Below are positions 48,469 through 57,315 of a stretch of DNA of 64,000 nt, piece after piece. Origin of the DNA: a virus (lineage: Duplodnaviria; Caudoviricetes). The notes under the pieces are model-generated. The model saw nothing but the letters and a program-made list of their open reading frames with translations, did no database searches and had not been told where the DNA came from. Every line of letters starts with the position of its first letter. Within the stretch, counting starts at the first letter, position 1. The position numbers and the translations under genes are program-made. The stretch is from positions 4,344-68,343 of the IMG/VR virus record IMGVR_UViG_3300005985_000002, one strand, 5' to 3'.

Positions 48469-48978
48469 CTAGACAAGCGTTAGGTCGACGCCGGCATCGG
48501 CGAGCACTTTGCGCGCGGCGGGAAAGTCGTAGCTGTCAGGCTGGTAGTCATCATCCGGGGGCCGGGCGATCACGCGCGCGATACCTGCATTGCCGATTGC
48601 GTGAGCGCAGGAGAGGCAGGGAAACCAGTTGACCGCCAGAGCGGCTCCGCGCGTGGGCAGACCCCTGCGGGCGCATTCTTCGATGGCGATACGCTCGGCA
48701 TGCCCGAGGGCGGTGAATTTCGGCTTGCGCTCCACGCCACGCGGGGTTGAGGCGTATTCGTGAACGCAGACGTCCGGGATATCATTGCTCGCCCAGATCA
48801 CCGCCATGTTCATGTCGTGGGGCAGGATGGCGCATAGCGTGGTCGCATAGCCGCGGCGGCGCGCGTCGATGAACGCCGCAAGATCATCGAGCCAGTGAAC
48901 GACGTTCACCGGCTGATACGGGACGATGCTGCGGTCGCAGGAAAAGGCGCAGCGGTTGCGGATGCGCTCGTCGATCAC
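48469..48978 (-). CDS. dCMP deaminase-like zinc deaminase
   Basis: HAE...PCLSC...IGNAGIARV. Confidence 0.85.
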   Translation of the reverse strand: MIDERIRNRCAFSCDRSIVPYQPVNVVHWLDDLAAFIDARRRGYATTLCAILPHDMNMAVIWASNDIPDVCVHEYASTPRGVERKPKFTALGHAERIAIEECARRGLPTRGAALAVNWFPCLSCAHAIGNAGIARVIARPPDDDYQPDSYDFPAARKVLADAGVDLTLV

Positions 48979-49259
48979 AGCAAGTCCCCCACATTGCGGC
49001 GCCGCGCCGGCTTGCCTATTGCGAGCGCATCGGCCGGCAGCATTTTGGGCCAGCCGTCGAACTCGTCGCTGTCGGTCAGCGCCTCGTCGCGGATGCCGGC
49101 GACGCCATAGAGAAAGACCGATCCTTTGAGGATTGGCAGCCCTTCGACATAGTCGGCGCGCTTTTCCTTTGCCGGCCGGCGCCAGCTCGACTGGCGAAAA
49201 CCGCTCTCGCTCCCGTACTGGCCGTAAAAGCCGTTATGCTCATAGACGATCCGCATCAC
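48975..49259 (-). CDS. hypothetical protein
   Basis: Coupled overlap with the deaminase. Confidence 0.55.
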   Translation of the reverse strand: MMRIVYEHNGFYGQYGSESGFRQSSWRRPAKEKRADYVEGLPILKGSVFLYGVAGIRDEALTDSDEFDGWPKMLPADALAIGKPARRRNVGDLL

Positions 49260-49269
49260 TAGGCCTCTA

Positions 49270-49593
49270 TCAATAAGGGCGGGCGTTCAAACGATGGATG
49301 TTCGCCTCGCGCAGCGCTGCTTCCTTCGCCTGGCGAATCTTCTCAACGTAACCGCGCGGGGCGCCGTTGCGAAGATTGGAGCGCACGAAAAAGCGCTTGG
49401 AGCCGGGAAAAGTCTCGACTGCGCGAGCGTTGATTTTATAGCCCTTGGCGGCCCAGAACGCGTTAATGGCCTCGCACCGCTTGTCGACGACATGCTTGCG
49501 GTCGCCGGCCTGGTCCGAGCGCTCGCGCGCCTCGGCGAGCATCTTGGCGCGCTGAAGCTTGGCGGTGTTGGCGGACTTGCGGATATAGGTCAC
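49270..49593 (-). CDS. hypothetical protein
   Basis: GTGA overlap with MazG gene. Confidence 0.6.
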   Translation of the reverse strand: MTYIRKSANTAKLQRAKMLAEARERSDQAGDRKHVVDKRCEAINAFWAAKGYKINARAVETFPGSKRFFVRSNLRNGAPRGYVEKIRQAKEAALREANIHRLNARPY

Positions 49594-49991
49594 CGGTTAT
49601 CTCCGTCGCCGCCCATCACGCCCCGCTCGTGCCGGTCGCAAGTCTTGTCGATGTTGATCTGGGCGACTTCGGCCAGGGTGCTGTCGAGCATCTCGGCGAG
49701 GCGGGCGATGTACCAAAGCCCATCGCCCAGCTCTTTCAGAAGCGCCGCGCGGCGCTCGGGCGCAAAGCGCAGTACGCTCAACCGTTCGATCAAGTTGAGC
49801 GTGTCGGGATCATCGCGCAGCGACTTGCCGAGATGCTCGTTGAACTCGCCGGCTTCGCCTGCGTACTTGGTCGCAAGATGGAAGAAGCCCATGACGGCCG
49901 AACCTTTAAGGCGGCTGTTCTTCCAGCTTACGTTGGATAGGTCAGCGTAGGCCTCGAAGGTAAGCGGGGCGGGACTGATGCCGGCGATCAT
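49590..49991 (-). CDS. mazG: MazG-like nucleotide pyrophosphohydrolase
   Basis: AGEAGEF...KELGDGLWY...INIDKTCDRHERGVMGGDGDNR. Confidence 0.9.
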   Translation of the reverse strand: MIAGISPAPLTFEAYADLSNVSWKNSRLKGSAVMGFFHLATKYAGEAGEFNEHLGKSLRDDPDTLNLIERLSVLRFAPERRAALLKELGDGLWYIARLAEMLDSTLAEVAQINIDKTCDRHERGVMGGDGDNR

Positions 49992-50407
49992 GCGCGCCTC
50001 CGTTTGTCGAACTCCTTGGCGAGCCGTCGCTCTTGCGCCTTCCGGACTTTGCGGCTGGCGCTCTTATTGACCGCGTTGATTGTCTTGCTGATCCGCGCCG
50101 GGGGTTGCACGTTGGGAGCGTTCTTGCTCTCATGGCCTTTGGCGAGACCTGAGAAGGTCCGCCGCGCGTTGCGCGCGTCCGCAGCCTGAAAGGCTTGGGC
50201 GAACGCCGGCGGGACCTGCTGCCCGTCGTTATAACGGGCGCGCATCGCCTGGCGGAAGCGATATTGCGCCGTTGTCGTGTCGCGATCCGACCAAGGACGG
50301 TCTTTGCGCGGCGTCGGCGGCAGACGTTTTCCGCTATGTTTGGAAAGTTCAGCGGCGAAGCTGGCAACCTCCTCAAGGCTGAGTGCTGCTGGGGTCTGCA
50401 AGATCAA
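49988..50407 (-). CDS. basic hypothetical protein
   Basis: GGGAG RBS; downstream of a motif copy. Confidence 0.6.
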   Translation of the reverse strand: MILQTPAALSLEEVASFAAELSKHSGKRLPPTPRKDRPWSDRDTTTAQYRFRQAMRARYNDGQQVPPAFAQAFQAADARNARRTFSGLAKGHESKNAPNVQPPARISKTINAVNKSASRKVRKAQERRLAKEFDKRRRA

Positions 50408-50430
50408 GTCTCCCTCGACTTAGGCGCAGG

Positions 50431-50628
50431 TTAGTTGCGTATAAGCTGACAAATCAAGCGCGCGCCCGCAACATTCGTCATCGACAAGTCCTTCGGATCG
50501 TCGATAGCCTCAAACGAACTGACCAGATTTGGCACAGGCGCCATGAACCGCCGCATCAGATCGCCGAACCCTTCGAGCGCGGCGCGATTACGGATCACGA
50601 TGACCTTGAGCTGCTCCCTGGTCTGCAT
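50431..50628 (-). CDS. hypothetical protein
   Basis: 65 aa in operon. Confidence 0.5.
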   Translation of the reverse strand: MQTREQLKVIVIRNRAALEGFGDLMRRFMAPVPNLVSSFEAIDDPKDLSMTNVAGARLICQLIRN

Positions 50629-50657
50629 AGCGAGAGCATTTCAAGGACCATGCCAGG

Positions 50658-50846
50658 TCACAGCAGATCGCGGTCATCCTTATCCTCATTCATCCCCTCG
50701 GCCGCGCACAGAGACAACAGCCAGTCGGACGTCGCTGGAGCGATGCACTGCTTGAGCGCACGCTCCAGTATCGTCGCGGCCTTGGCCGGATTAGCTTTGA
50801 GCCAACGCACGGCGTCGGTCTCTTTTGCGATCCGCTGCTTGGTCAC
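50658..50846 (-). CDS. hypothetical protein
   Basis: 62 aa directly after the RAMP partner gene. Confidence 0.5.
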   Translation of the reverse strand: MTKQRIAKETDAVRWLKANPAKAATILERALKQCIAPATSDWLLSLCAAEGMNEDKDDRDLL

Positions 50847-50850
50847 GTTG

Positions 50851-51354
50851 CTAATCCTCGAACATGCGCGCCAACTTCTTCGCGGTCTCCGCTACGGACG
50901 GCGCCCGCACGCGCTCGACATCCTGCTCAGCCCGTTTCACAGTACTCGTCCGTGCGGCAGCCTGGATCGTTCCGAGGACAGACAGCTCGCCAAAAAGACG
51001 TCGCCTGACAGCGCGCGGCACATCGTTGGCATGCTTCACGCCGCCCTCGATGGACTTAATCGCACGACGCGCCTTCGATCTTATAGAGGAACGAGCACGT
51101 TCAGCTACGACAGGCAGATTTTCGGTCGGCAAGCGTTTATACCCGACGCGGTAGACGCTCTCGAAAACAAGGCCGTACTCTTCGGTCGCCTCGCTCCGCG
51201 CGGCTTGGAGCACGTGACGCTTGGCGTTTATGTCGCCCCCAAGCACTTCGCTGATCGTCTTAAGAGTCAGAACTCCGCCAATTGGGGTGTTCTTCATTGC
51301 TTCGATCAGCTCGGCGCGCGCCTTGATGTTCTCGGCGCTGGCTGTGTAGTTCAT
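50851..51354 (-). CDS. winged-HTH/helical protein, candidate accessory of the RAMP locus
   Basis: LTLKTISEVLG...LQAAR...VFESVYRVGYKRL; RBS AAAGGAACTACA identical to that of the RAMP gene. Confidence 0.65.
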   Translation of the reverse strand: MNYTASAENIKARAELIEAMKNTPIGGVLTLKTISEVLGGDINAKRHVLQAARSEATEEYGLVFESVYRVGYKRLPTENLPVVAERARSSIRSKARRAIKSIEGGVKHANDVPRAVRRRLFGELSVLGTIQAAARTSTVKRAEQDVERVRAPSVAETAKKLARMFED

Positions 51355-51365
51355 TGTAGTTCCTT

Positions 51366-51475
51366 TCGTGTCGCTTCAGATCACTTCGGCCCGACTCGCA
51401 TCCGGTAGGTTCGTTTCCCGTCGCTTCGCCTCAAATAGGGGCAAGTCGCCTAGTCTCGTTTCAATTCGGTTCGGG
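51366..51475 (-). ncRNA. pentamer array B: 22 x (NN-YGA), candidate guide RNA
   Basis: Minus strand cccga accga attga aacga gacta ggcga cttgc cccta tttga ggcga agcga cggga aacga accta ccgga tgcga gtcgg gccga agtga tctga agcga cacga; intergenic. Confidence 0.75.
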
Positions 51476-51480
51476 GAATT

Positions 51481-52065
51481 TCATGCGGCCAATTTGCGGT
51501 TGTCGGTCCACTTCATCCGCTCGATATGGAAACGGCCATTCATGCCGCCGTTCTGCGGACGGAAACGGCCGAGGCCGTTGAACAAACCTGCCAGCTCCAC
51601 CATTTCGCGGAACACATCCTCGGTGATGATCGGATCGAGGATCAAAATCTCGAACGTCGTCGACCATTCCGAAATGATGGGGAAGCGTCTCGGAACGCGT
51701 TTGCCCGACCCGCGAACGCCGTCAGCGTTCGCGCTGATGTCGATAGGGCCGAAGTCTTCGGGCTTCACACCAAGATCGAGATCGGACATGACCATGATTC
51801 CGGCTTGGAATTTGGCTGTCCAGGTCGCTTTCCCTTGGCCCGGTATCTGGCGCTTTGAATACTTCGCGGCCGAGACCAACGCCTGATGGAACGCAAACGC
51901 AGGGATCAGGACATTGCCGTTGGCGCCGACTGTCAGCTTTGAACGCCAGGTTCTTTTGTCGTAGTCGTCCTTCCCCTCGCCTTCGAGATGGGGCTCGTCA
52001 TGCTGACGACTCGCCGAATACGGAGAGTCACCTTTGATCGTGAGGATCACATTGGTCAGTTTCAT
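51481..52065 (-). CDS. solitary Cas7-like RAMP protein (Vipr-like)
   Basis: ILTIKGDSPY first strand; IPAFAFHQALVSAA helix; C-terminal Gly-rich loop AGLFNGLGRFRPQNGGMNGRF; 194 aa. Confidence 0.8.
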   Translation of the reverse strand: MKLTNVILTIKGDSPYSASRQHDEPHLEGEGKDDYDKRTWRSKLTVGANGNVLIPAFAFHQALVSAAKYSKRQIPGQGKATWTAKFQAGIMVMSDLDLGVKPEDFGPIDISANADGVRGSGKRVPRRFPIISEWSTTFEILILDPIITEDVFREMVELAGLFNGLGRFRPQNGGMNGRFHIERMKWTDNRKLAA

Positions 52066-52086
52066 ATGTAGTTCCTTTCTGCGGTT

Positions 52087-52211
52087 TAAGATCGGTTCAG
52101 ATCGGTTTGGGTCAGATCGACTCGCTTCGCCTCGCGGCGGGTCGAATCGGTTCGTTTAGACTCGCTTCGCCTCACATCGGATCGGTTCGCCGCGGATCGA
52201 TTCGGCTCGAA
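52087..52211 (-). ncRNA. pentamer array A: 25 x (NN-YGA), candidate guide RNA
   Basis: Minus strand ttcga gccga atcga tccgc ggcga accga tccga tgtga ggcga agcga gtcta aacga accga ttcga cccgc cgcga ggcga agcga gtcga tctga cccaa accga tctga accga tctta; intergenic. Confidence 0.8.
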
Positions 52212-52212
52212 A

Positions 52213-52566
52213 TTAGGCAGTGGCTTGCGCGACGAGCCGGCGGATGAAGGCGCCGACAGGTTCGAGAAAGTCGCCGAGACTGCTGAAGATCACCCCGAAC
52301 CCGACAGCCAGAACCGCGGCGCCGATGATGATGGTGAGGCCCTTCTGCGGGGTCCATTCGTATTCGATCTTCTCCCCTTGCCTGTTGTGGATCAGCGGCA
52401 TGCGCATCCCGATGACGAAGGCGATGAGGCCGGCGAGGAAAAGGATCGAGCCGGCGACAAGACCCGATGCGGCGTCCGCCCAGATGCTGCGGGCGCCGTG
52501 CTGAAGCGCGAACCTGCCGGCCTCGCCTAGATCATTCAGCACTTTCGCGATGAGGTCGGACTCCAT
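52213..52566 (-). CDS. two-TM membrane protein
   Basis: Two hydrophobic helices; GGAGA RBS. Confidence 0.65.
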   Translation of the reverse strand: MESDLIAKVLNDLGEAGRFALQHGARSIWADAASGLVAGSILFLAGLIAFVIGMRMPLIHNRQGEKIEYEWTPQKGLTIIIGAAVLAVGFGVIFSSLGDFLEPVGAFIRRLVAQATA

Positions 52567-52568
52567 AG

Positions 52569-53060
52569 TCACGTCTCCTTCTGTTTGCGCCGCAGATCGC
52601 GGAGCTTCTGGTTGCGCTTGTGGGTGACGAGCTGCATGTGAGCGTCTTCCAAGCAGTCGCGCTGGCAGCATTTCTGGTCGAGCTGCTTGCGCGGCGGTAT
52701 CGGACCGTGGTCGACGATCCAGCTTGCGATGTGGACGGCGACCGTGCCGCCATCGAGGTTCATGCGGCCGTAGGAATGCCCTCGTCCGTTGCGGCCGCGG
52801 CCGGGCTTGCCGCTGTTGGGACCTGTCCAGATTTTGCAGAGGCTGGGCTCGCCATTGTGATCGACATAGCCGCGATCCTGGCGCACGCAGCGGGCGTTGA
52901 TCTTGTCGCGTATAAGCTGACGTCGCGAACACGGGTTTACCGGCAGAACCGCAGTCTGCCGGTAATCCTGAGGAAACACCGCATGCCCGGAAATGGCGCC
53001 CAGCATCGGAAACACACGATCCGGAACGTGATCGACCAGCAGTCTGCGGGGATCGAGCAT
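52569..53060 (-). CDS. HNH-endonuclease-like protein (degenerate)
   Basis: CKIWTG...YGRM...VHIASW...GPIP...LDQKC...C..DAHMQLVTHKRN. Confidence 0.65.
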   Translation of the reverse strand: MLDPRRLLVDHVPDRVFPMLGAISGHAVFPQDYRQTAVLPVNPCSRRQLIRDKINARCVRQDRGYVDHNGEPSLCKIWTGPNSGKPGRGRNGRGHSYGRMNLDGGTVAVHIASWIVDHGPIPPRKQLDQKCCQRDCLEDAHMQLVTHKRNQKLRDLRRKQKET

Positions 53061-53395
53061 CACCCATTCCTCCAGATCGAGGGACAGCGCCAGGCGCCGC
53101 CGGTGCGGCGATCTGCGAGCTGGCGGCACAGCCAGGCGCGCTGGTGCTTTGGAACGTCGCTTAGGGTCTTGACCCCGACCCGGCGCAGGAGCTGGTCGAG
53201 CCAGGCCCATTCGCCGGTGAGAAACACGACGCCGCGGCGACGGGTGTCTTCGACATGGAGGTCGAAGCAAATCTGGATGTCGCGCAGCGCGATCAACTCT
53301 GTCTCCGGCGTGTCGAGAATGCGCAACAGGCGCTGGGCCAGGCGGGCGCCCGGCGGCAATTGGGTCTGGCTTTTCCTCTTGGGCGCGTTGCTCAT
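53060..53395 (-). CDS. hypothetical protein
   Basis: ATG directly follows a motif copy. Confidence 0.55.
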   Translation of the reverse strand: MSNAPKRKSQTQLPPGARLAQRLLRILDTPETELIALRDIQICFDLHVEDTRRRGVVFLTGEWAWLDQLLRRVGVKTLSDVPKHQRAWLCRQLADRRTGGAWRCPSIWRNG

Positions 53396-53406
53396 GATGT
53401 TGCGTT

Positions 53407-54133
53407 TTAGCTGACAACCGGTTGAAGCGGGGTTTCTTCCGGCAGTGAAATTTGCCGTGCAGTTGACATGCCAAGGACCGGATCGTACAGCGCCAGCGGA
53501 TAATCGGCCGGCGCGAACAGCGGTTTGGCCTCAGGCGCTTTTGCAAAGCTCCCGCTATCCAAATACGCGCCTTTGTAAACCAGGCCGTCGCTGTCCTGAA
53601 TTGCAACATCCGGCAGGCGGCATAGATCGCCGCGGGCGGTGATCACCACATGGCGGGTGAAGCCGACATAGATGTTTGCGATCTCCGCCATGACATGTCG
53701 CCGCGGTCTTTAAGGGCCTCGATGTGAGTGTCGGCGAACATAATCGCTTCGTCCAGCGAATATCCCCTTGCGACGAAGCTCTGAACCAGGCCGCGCCAGA
53801 ACATGAAGTCTACGCCGGGAATGCGACTCATCGGCAGGATCATACCTTCGGACACTACCGAAAATTGATGACGGCTTTGCCGCCAATCGCTCACGGCGCA
53901 TCATCCGTATCCTGCCAGCGCCAATACAACGCGGCGTCGCCGCCATCTGGCTTGGTGACGGCGATCTTGTTGTACGGGCCAAGCGTCGGGACATCGGAGA
54001 AGCCGGTAAAGTCGATCGTTAGCTGATCGCGCAGCTCGTCAAGCGTGGCGAATGATCCGTAATAGCGCGGCGTCTGGTTAAAGGGCGGCGGATCGAGCGG
54101 GTTGATCTGCCACACGACGTGGATGATCTTCAT
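53407..54133 (-). CDS. three small hypothetical proteins (53407-53691, ~53643-53894, 53891-54133)
   Basis: Tandem, overlapping stop/start codons. Confidence 0.5.
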
Positions 54134-54489
54134 TCCTGGTTCAGACCTTCCCGCGCGCGCACAGCCCCGACCACATCTCTGTGACCCTGTTCGGCCTCTT
54201 CCCAGTCCAGGTAGTTGTGCTGCTCTATCGCCTCGTTATTCAGGAACACGATGGTTTCAAAGTTAAGCCAAACCGGTTCCCCGTTTCGGCGGCCCTGAAC
54301 CGGAGCGAGCAGGAAGACGGTCGACACAACAAGGCCTCGCCCGAGTTGTGTGCGTGCGACGCCGCGATCAGGAACGGCAAGCATCCATTGGAGCCAGTCC
54401 TGATCATCGCATTCAACAACCTGCTTGCCTTTGAGCTTGAAGCGAGGAATGCCGGATGGTTGGGTCAGCGTCACAATGAAACCCGGCAC
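54130..54489 (-). CDS. hypothetical protein
   Basis: VARTQLG...VSTVFL...FETIVF...AEQGHRDVV. Confidence 0.6.
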   Translation of the reverse strand: MPGFIVTLTQPSGIPRFKLKGKQVVECDDQDWLQWMLAVPDRGVARTQLGRGLVVSTVFLLAPVQGRRNGEPVWLNFETIVFLNNEAIEQHNYLDWEEAEQGHRDVVGAVRAREGLNQE

Positions 54490-54977
54490 CTTATGTTCGC
54501 TGCGACAAGCTTTGGCGTGAGCCAGGCCGGCGCCGAGATCGTCTCGCCCATGCCATCGCCCCCGCAGATCACCAGGCGGCCGGCGATGGGCTGCGGGTAA
54601 TTCGCCAGCACAGTCATGAACAAGGGCGGCTCGCGCAGCGCGCCTTTACCGTCGCAGTAGATGTCGACTTCATCATGCTCGTGCCCGGCCGGGGCATTCC
54701 AGTCTGCCCCGCAGGTTCGGACGATGTCAAAAGTGTCGACCTGGTGGATGCCGCTGAGGATCGGATAGAAATCTGTGTAGTGCTCGCCCATGCGCGACTC
54801 GCAGACATGCTCGCCGATGAGGGCTCGCACCGGCGTTACGATGATTATGCGGCGCGGAAGACTGCGGTATCTGATCTGGCCGATAAGGACCCGGCGCAAA
54901 TCATCCAGGCTCTTATTCCTGTATCGGGCCTCAGCCGCTAAAGCCAAGCGCATCAATTTATCCGCCACGACCTTCAT
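54471..54977 (-). CDS. DUF3846-like protein
   Basis: DIYCDGKG...YPQPIAGRLVICGGDGMGET. Confidence 0.5.
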   Translation of the reverse strand: MKVVADKLMRLALAAEARYRNKSLDDLRRVLIGQIRYRSLPRRIIIVTPVRALIGEHVCESRMGEHYTDFYPILSGIHQVDTFDIVRTCGADWNAPAGHEHDEVDIYCDGKGALREPPLFMTVLANYPQPIAGRLVICGGDGMGETISAPAWLTPKLVAANIRCRVSL

Positions 54978-56935
54978 AGCTTCACACCCAGTCTCTCCCA
55001 CATGAATTTCAGCAGCAGCTCGTCGGTCTCGATGGCGGCTTGCTCGAACTCGTTCGGCGTCACCAGCTTTGTCGCCTGATCAACTGTGTGCGTCGCCAGA
55101 AAGTCGGCCTCGGTCCAGCTTTTCGACATCACGCGCGCTAGGCGGTGCCACACGATGGCGCCACAGTGTGGGCACGTCTCCTTCTCATAGACCGGCGTGC
55201 GCTCCGGCATCAAGGCGACGAAGGGCTGGTTGCAGCAGGGATAATCGCCGTAGATCATGGTTCGGATTCAATCTTGTCCAAAGCATTCTGGAAAGCGTCG
55301 GCCGCGGCGTCAAATTTTTGCGCTTCAAGCCAGGCTTCGCGCATTTCATGCTCCAGTTTCCCGGCGCGGTCGCGAAGGTCTTTAGCTCGTGCGCGACGCC
55401 AATAGATCGCGTACTTTAACGTTTTTTCCGGAGTATCCTGAATATAGTCCGCATCGTCCGGCGCTTTACTCATATGCTTTTCTTTGTCCGGCAGGGGAAG
55501 CGCAGCTCGTCCTGCGAGCAGTGCCCGCACTTGCCGAGCATCAGTTCGTGCGATGTGTGCACCCGCCCCGGCGGATAGGCGCGGTCGAGCATCGATGCGA
55601 GATTGCCGGCGATCATCATCAGCTCCAGCGGCGTCAAGCGGAACAGGGGCGACATGATCCCAAGCCGCGTCGCCGTGAAGCTGAAAGGCAGCCTTGCCTC
55701 GTCCTCGGGATAAAAGCGCGTCTCCACGACGCAGCTTTCGCCATGCTCGTTGAGGAACCGGTCTGTGCGGGCCAGCGGCCCGCGCTCGCGCAGCATGCTA
55801 AGAACGTTGTCGACGCTAAGAGCGCTCATAGGCTTCTCCAAAGTTTCTGTTTGAGGCCCACGCATCGCTTTCCGCCCGTCTTCTTATGGTGTTGAACGCT
55901 ACGCACGCTTACGCTCGGCAAATTCCCGTCGAAGCCGGGTCACACTGCGCCCGATGCGGCGGACCGGAGCGACATCAGTCGGCGGCTTGATCAGGGCCAG
56001 GCTTCGGGTGAGGGCGCCAAGCTCGACGGCAAGCTGCTCGAACAGCTTGTCGATCTGTTCTTCCGTCGGCGACAGATCGTAGACGTCATTCATGATGCGC
56101 GGCTTCTGTGCTCTTTGGTGCGCGCCTCGCAGAATTCCGCGATCTCGCGCAAACACGTCTTCTCAAACGCACAGCCCGCCTGAGGGAAGAAAGAATACTG
56201 ACGCCAAGACCCGAACCATTTGACGTCGCCGAGATGCAACCCGCCGCCTTGTCGCGTAAGCACGGCCCAAGTCATTGTCTTCTTCTGGGCGATTTTGGCG
56301 CGCTGGGCAAAGCAAATATAAGTGCCGAGCCGGTCGTCGGGGTCACTGCCTATCGGGGTCAACATCCAGCCTTATCTCCGGAACCCATGAGCCCAAGCTC
56401 CAATCATAAAAGCGCCGCGCGCCGTCGGCATAGACCAGCTCGGCGACACACGTGCCGTAGCTGTGCATCCAATCCTCTTTCACTGTGACGCCGCCCCATC
56501 CGCTGACGCGAGGCAGATATTCAAAGCCTTGCTCGATGGGCTCCAGCTCTTTGACCTCTTCGACGCCGGCCAGCGACAGGACGAACGTGAATGCCCCCAT
56601 CATGCCCGGCGCAATCTTGATCTCTTTCAGCACCGGCTCGTTTTCCTTGAGCGCCTTTGCGGCTTTGGCCCAAGCCTCGCCGATGAGAGCGAACTGCGAT
56701 GCATCGCCATGGTGGGGCTTGCGGATCATGCTGCGAGAATACCCCCGATCTCTTTGCGCCAATCGATCTCGAACTCGGCTTCCAGCTCGCTCTGTTCGCT
56801 GCGCATCACGGCCTCTATGCAGGCGAAGAAATAGGCGAGGGCAAGGGCGCCGCACCACTGCGCATATCGCCTCAGAAAGCGGACGCGCTCGACGGCCTTT
56901 ACAAGATAGAGAAAGCGTTCCTCGCCCGACTGCAT
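54974..56935 (-). CDS. run of seven small hypothetical proteins (54974-55258, 55255-55473, 55470-55829, 55899-56093, 56090-56365, 56343-56729, 56726-56935)
   Basis: Head-to-tail ORFs with 4-nt overlaps; 54974-55258 has CC...CPHC Zn ligands. Confidence 0.55.
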
Positions 56936-57040
56936 GCCCCAGACCTTGTCCGCGCCCCGAATCCAACCTTTTAGTTTGGCGCGGTTACCGAAACCTCAAT
57001 TTTATTGTGGAGTTCCGAAGTGGGCGCAATCGGTTTTTGA

Positions 57041-57132
57041 AAATTGACTCGGGCGCGCCAAAGTGGGAATTGGCTCGTCAATCGTGGTTTTCCCTTAGGT
57101 GAGGCAAATTGACTCGGGCGCGCCAAAGTGGG
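57041..57132 (+). repeat. 27-bp perfect direct repeat x2
   Basis: AAATTGACTCGGGCGCGCCAAAGTGGG at 57041-67 and 57106-32. Confidence 0.9.
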
Positions 57133-57315
57133 CGGGAAAAATAATCCACAAGACGGCGCGCTCTGGGGCTTGCATCGAATCAAGGCTATCGGCATACATC
57201 GGCTTGCAGGCCCGTCCCCCCAACCCAGGGCCTGATGACTGGCAAAGCGCCGCTGAGACAGAAGGGGCGCCCGCACAGGCGCCCCTTCGAGTTTTCTGGG
57301 GCGAAGGGATCGCCC

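Noticed and set aside
43830-49991. 2-aminoadenine (Z) or 7-deazaguanine genome
   Set aside because: No purZ, dpdA, folE or queC/D/E recognisable in the window; only auxiliary hydrolases.
51946-51966. Possible extra motif copy (CTGTCAGCTTTGAACGCC)
   Set aside because: Poor right half, inside a CDS and antisense to it.
51366-52211. Calling the arrays a CRISPR array or simple microsatellite
   Set aside because: There are no 25-45-nt repeats with unique spacers. The units are 5 nt with two freely varying positions, which slippage would homogenise, and a 5-nt period cannot come from codon structure. Short ORFs crossing them (e.g. 51368..51886, 52172..52357) look spurious.
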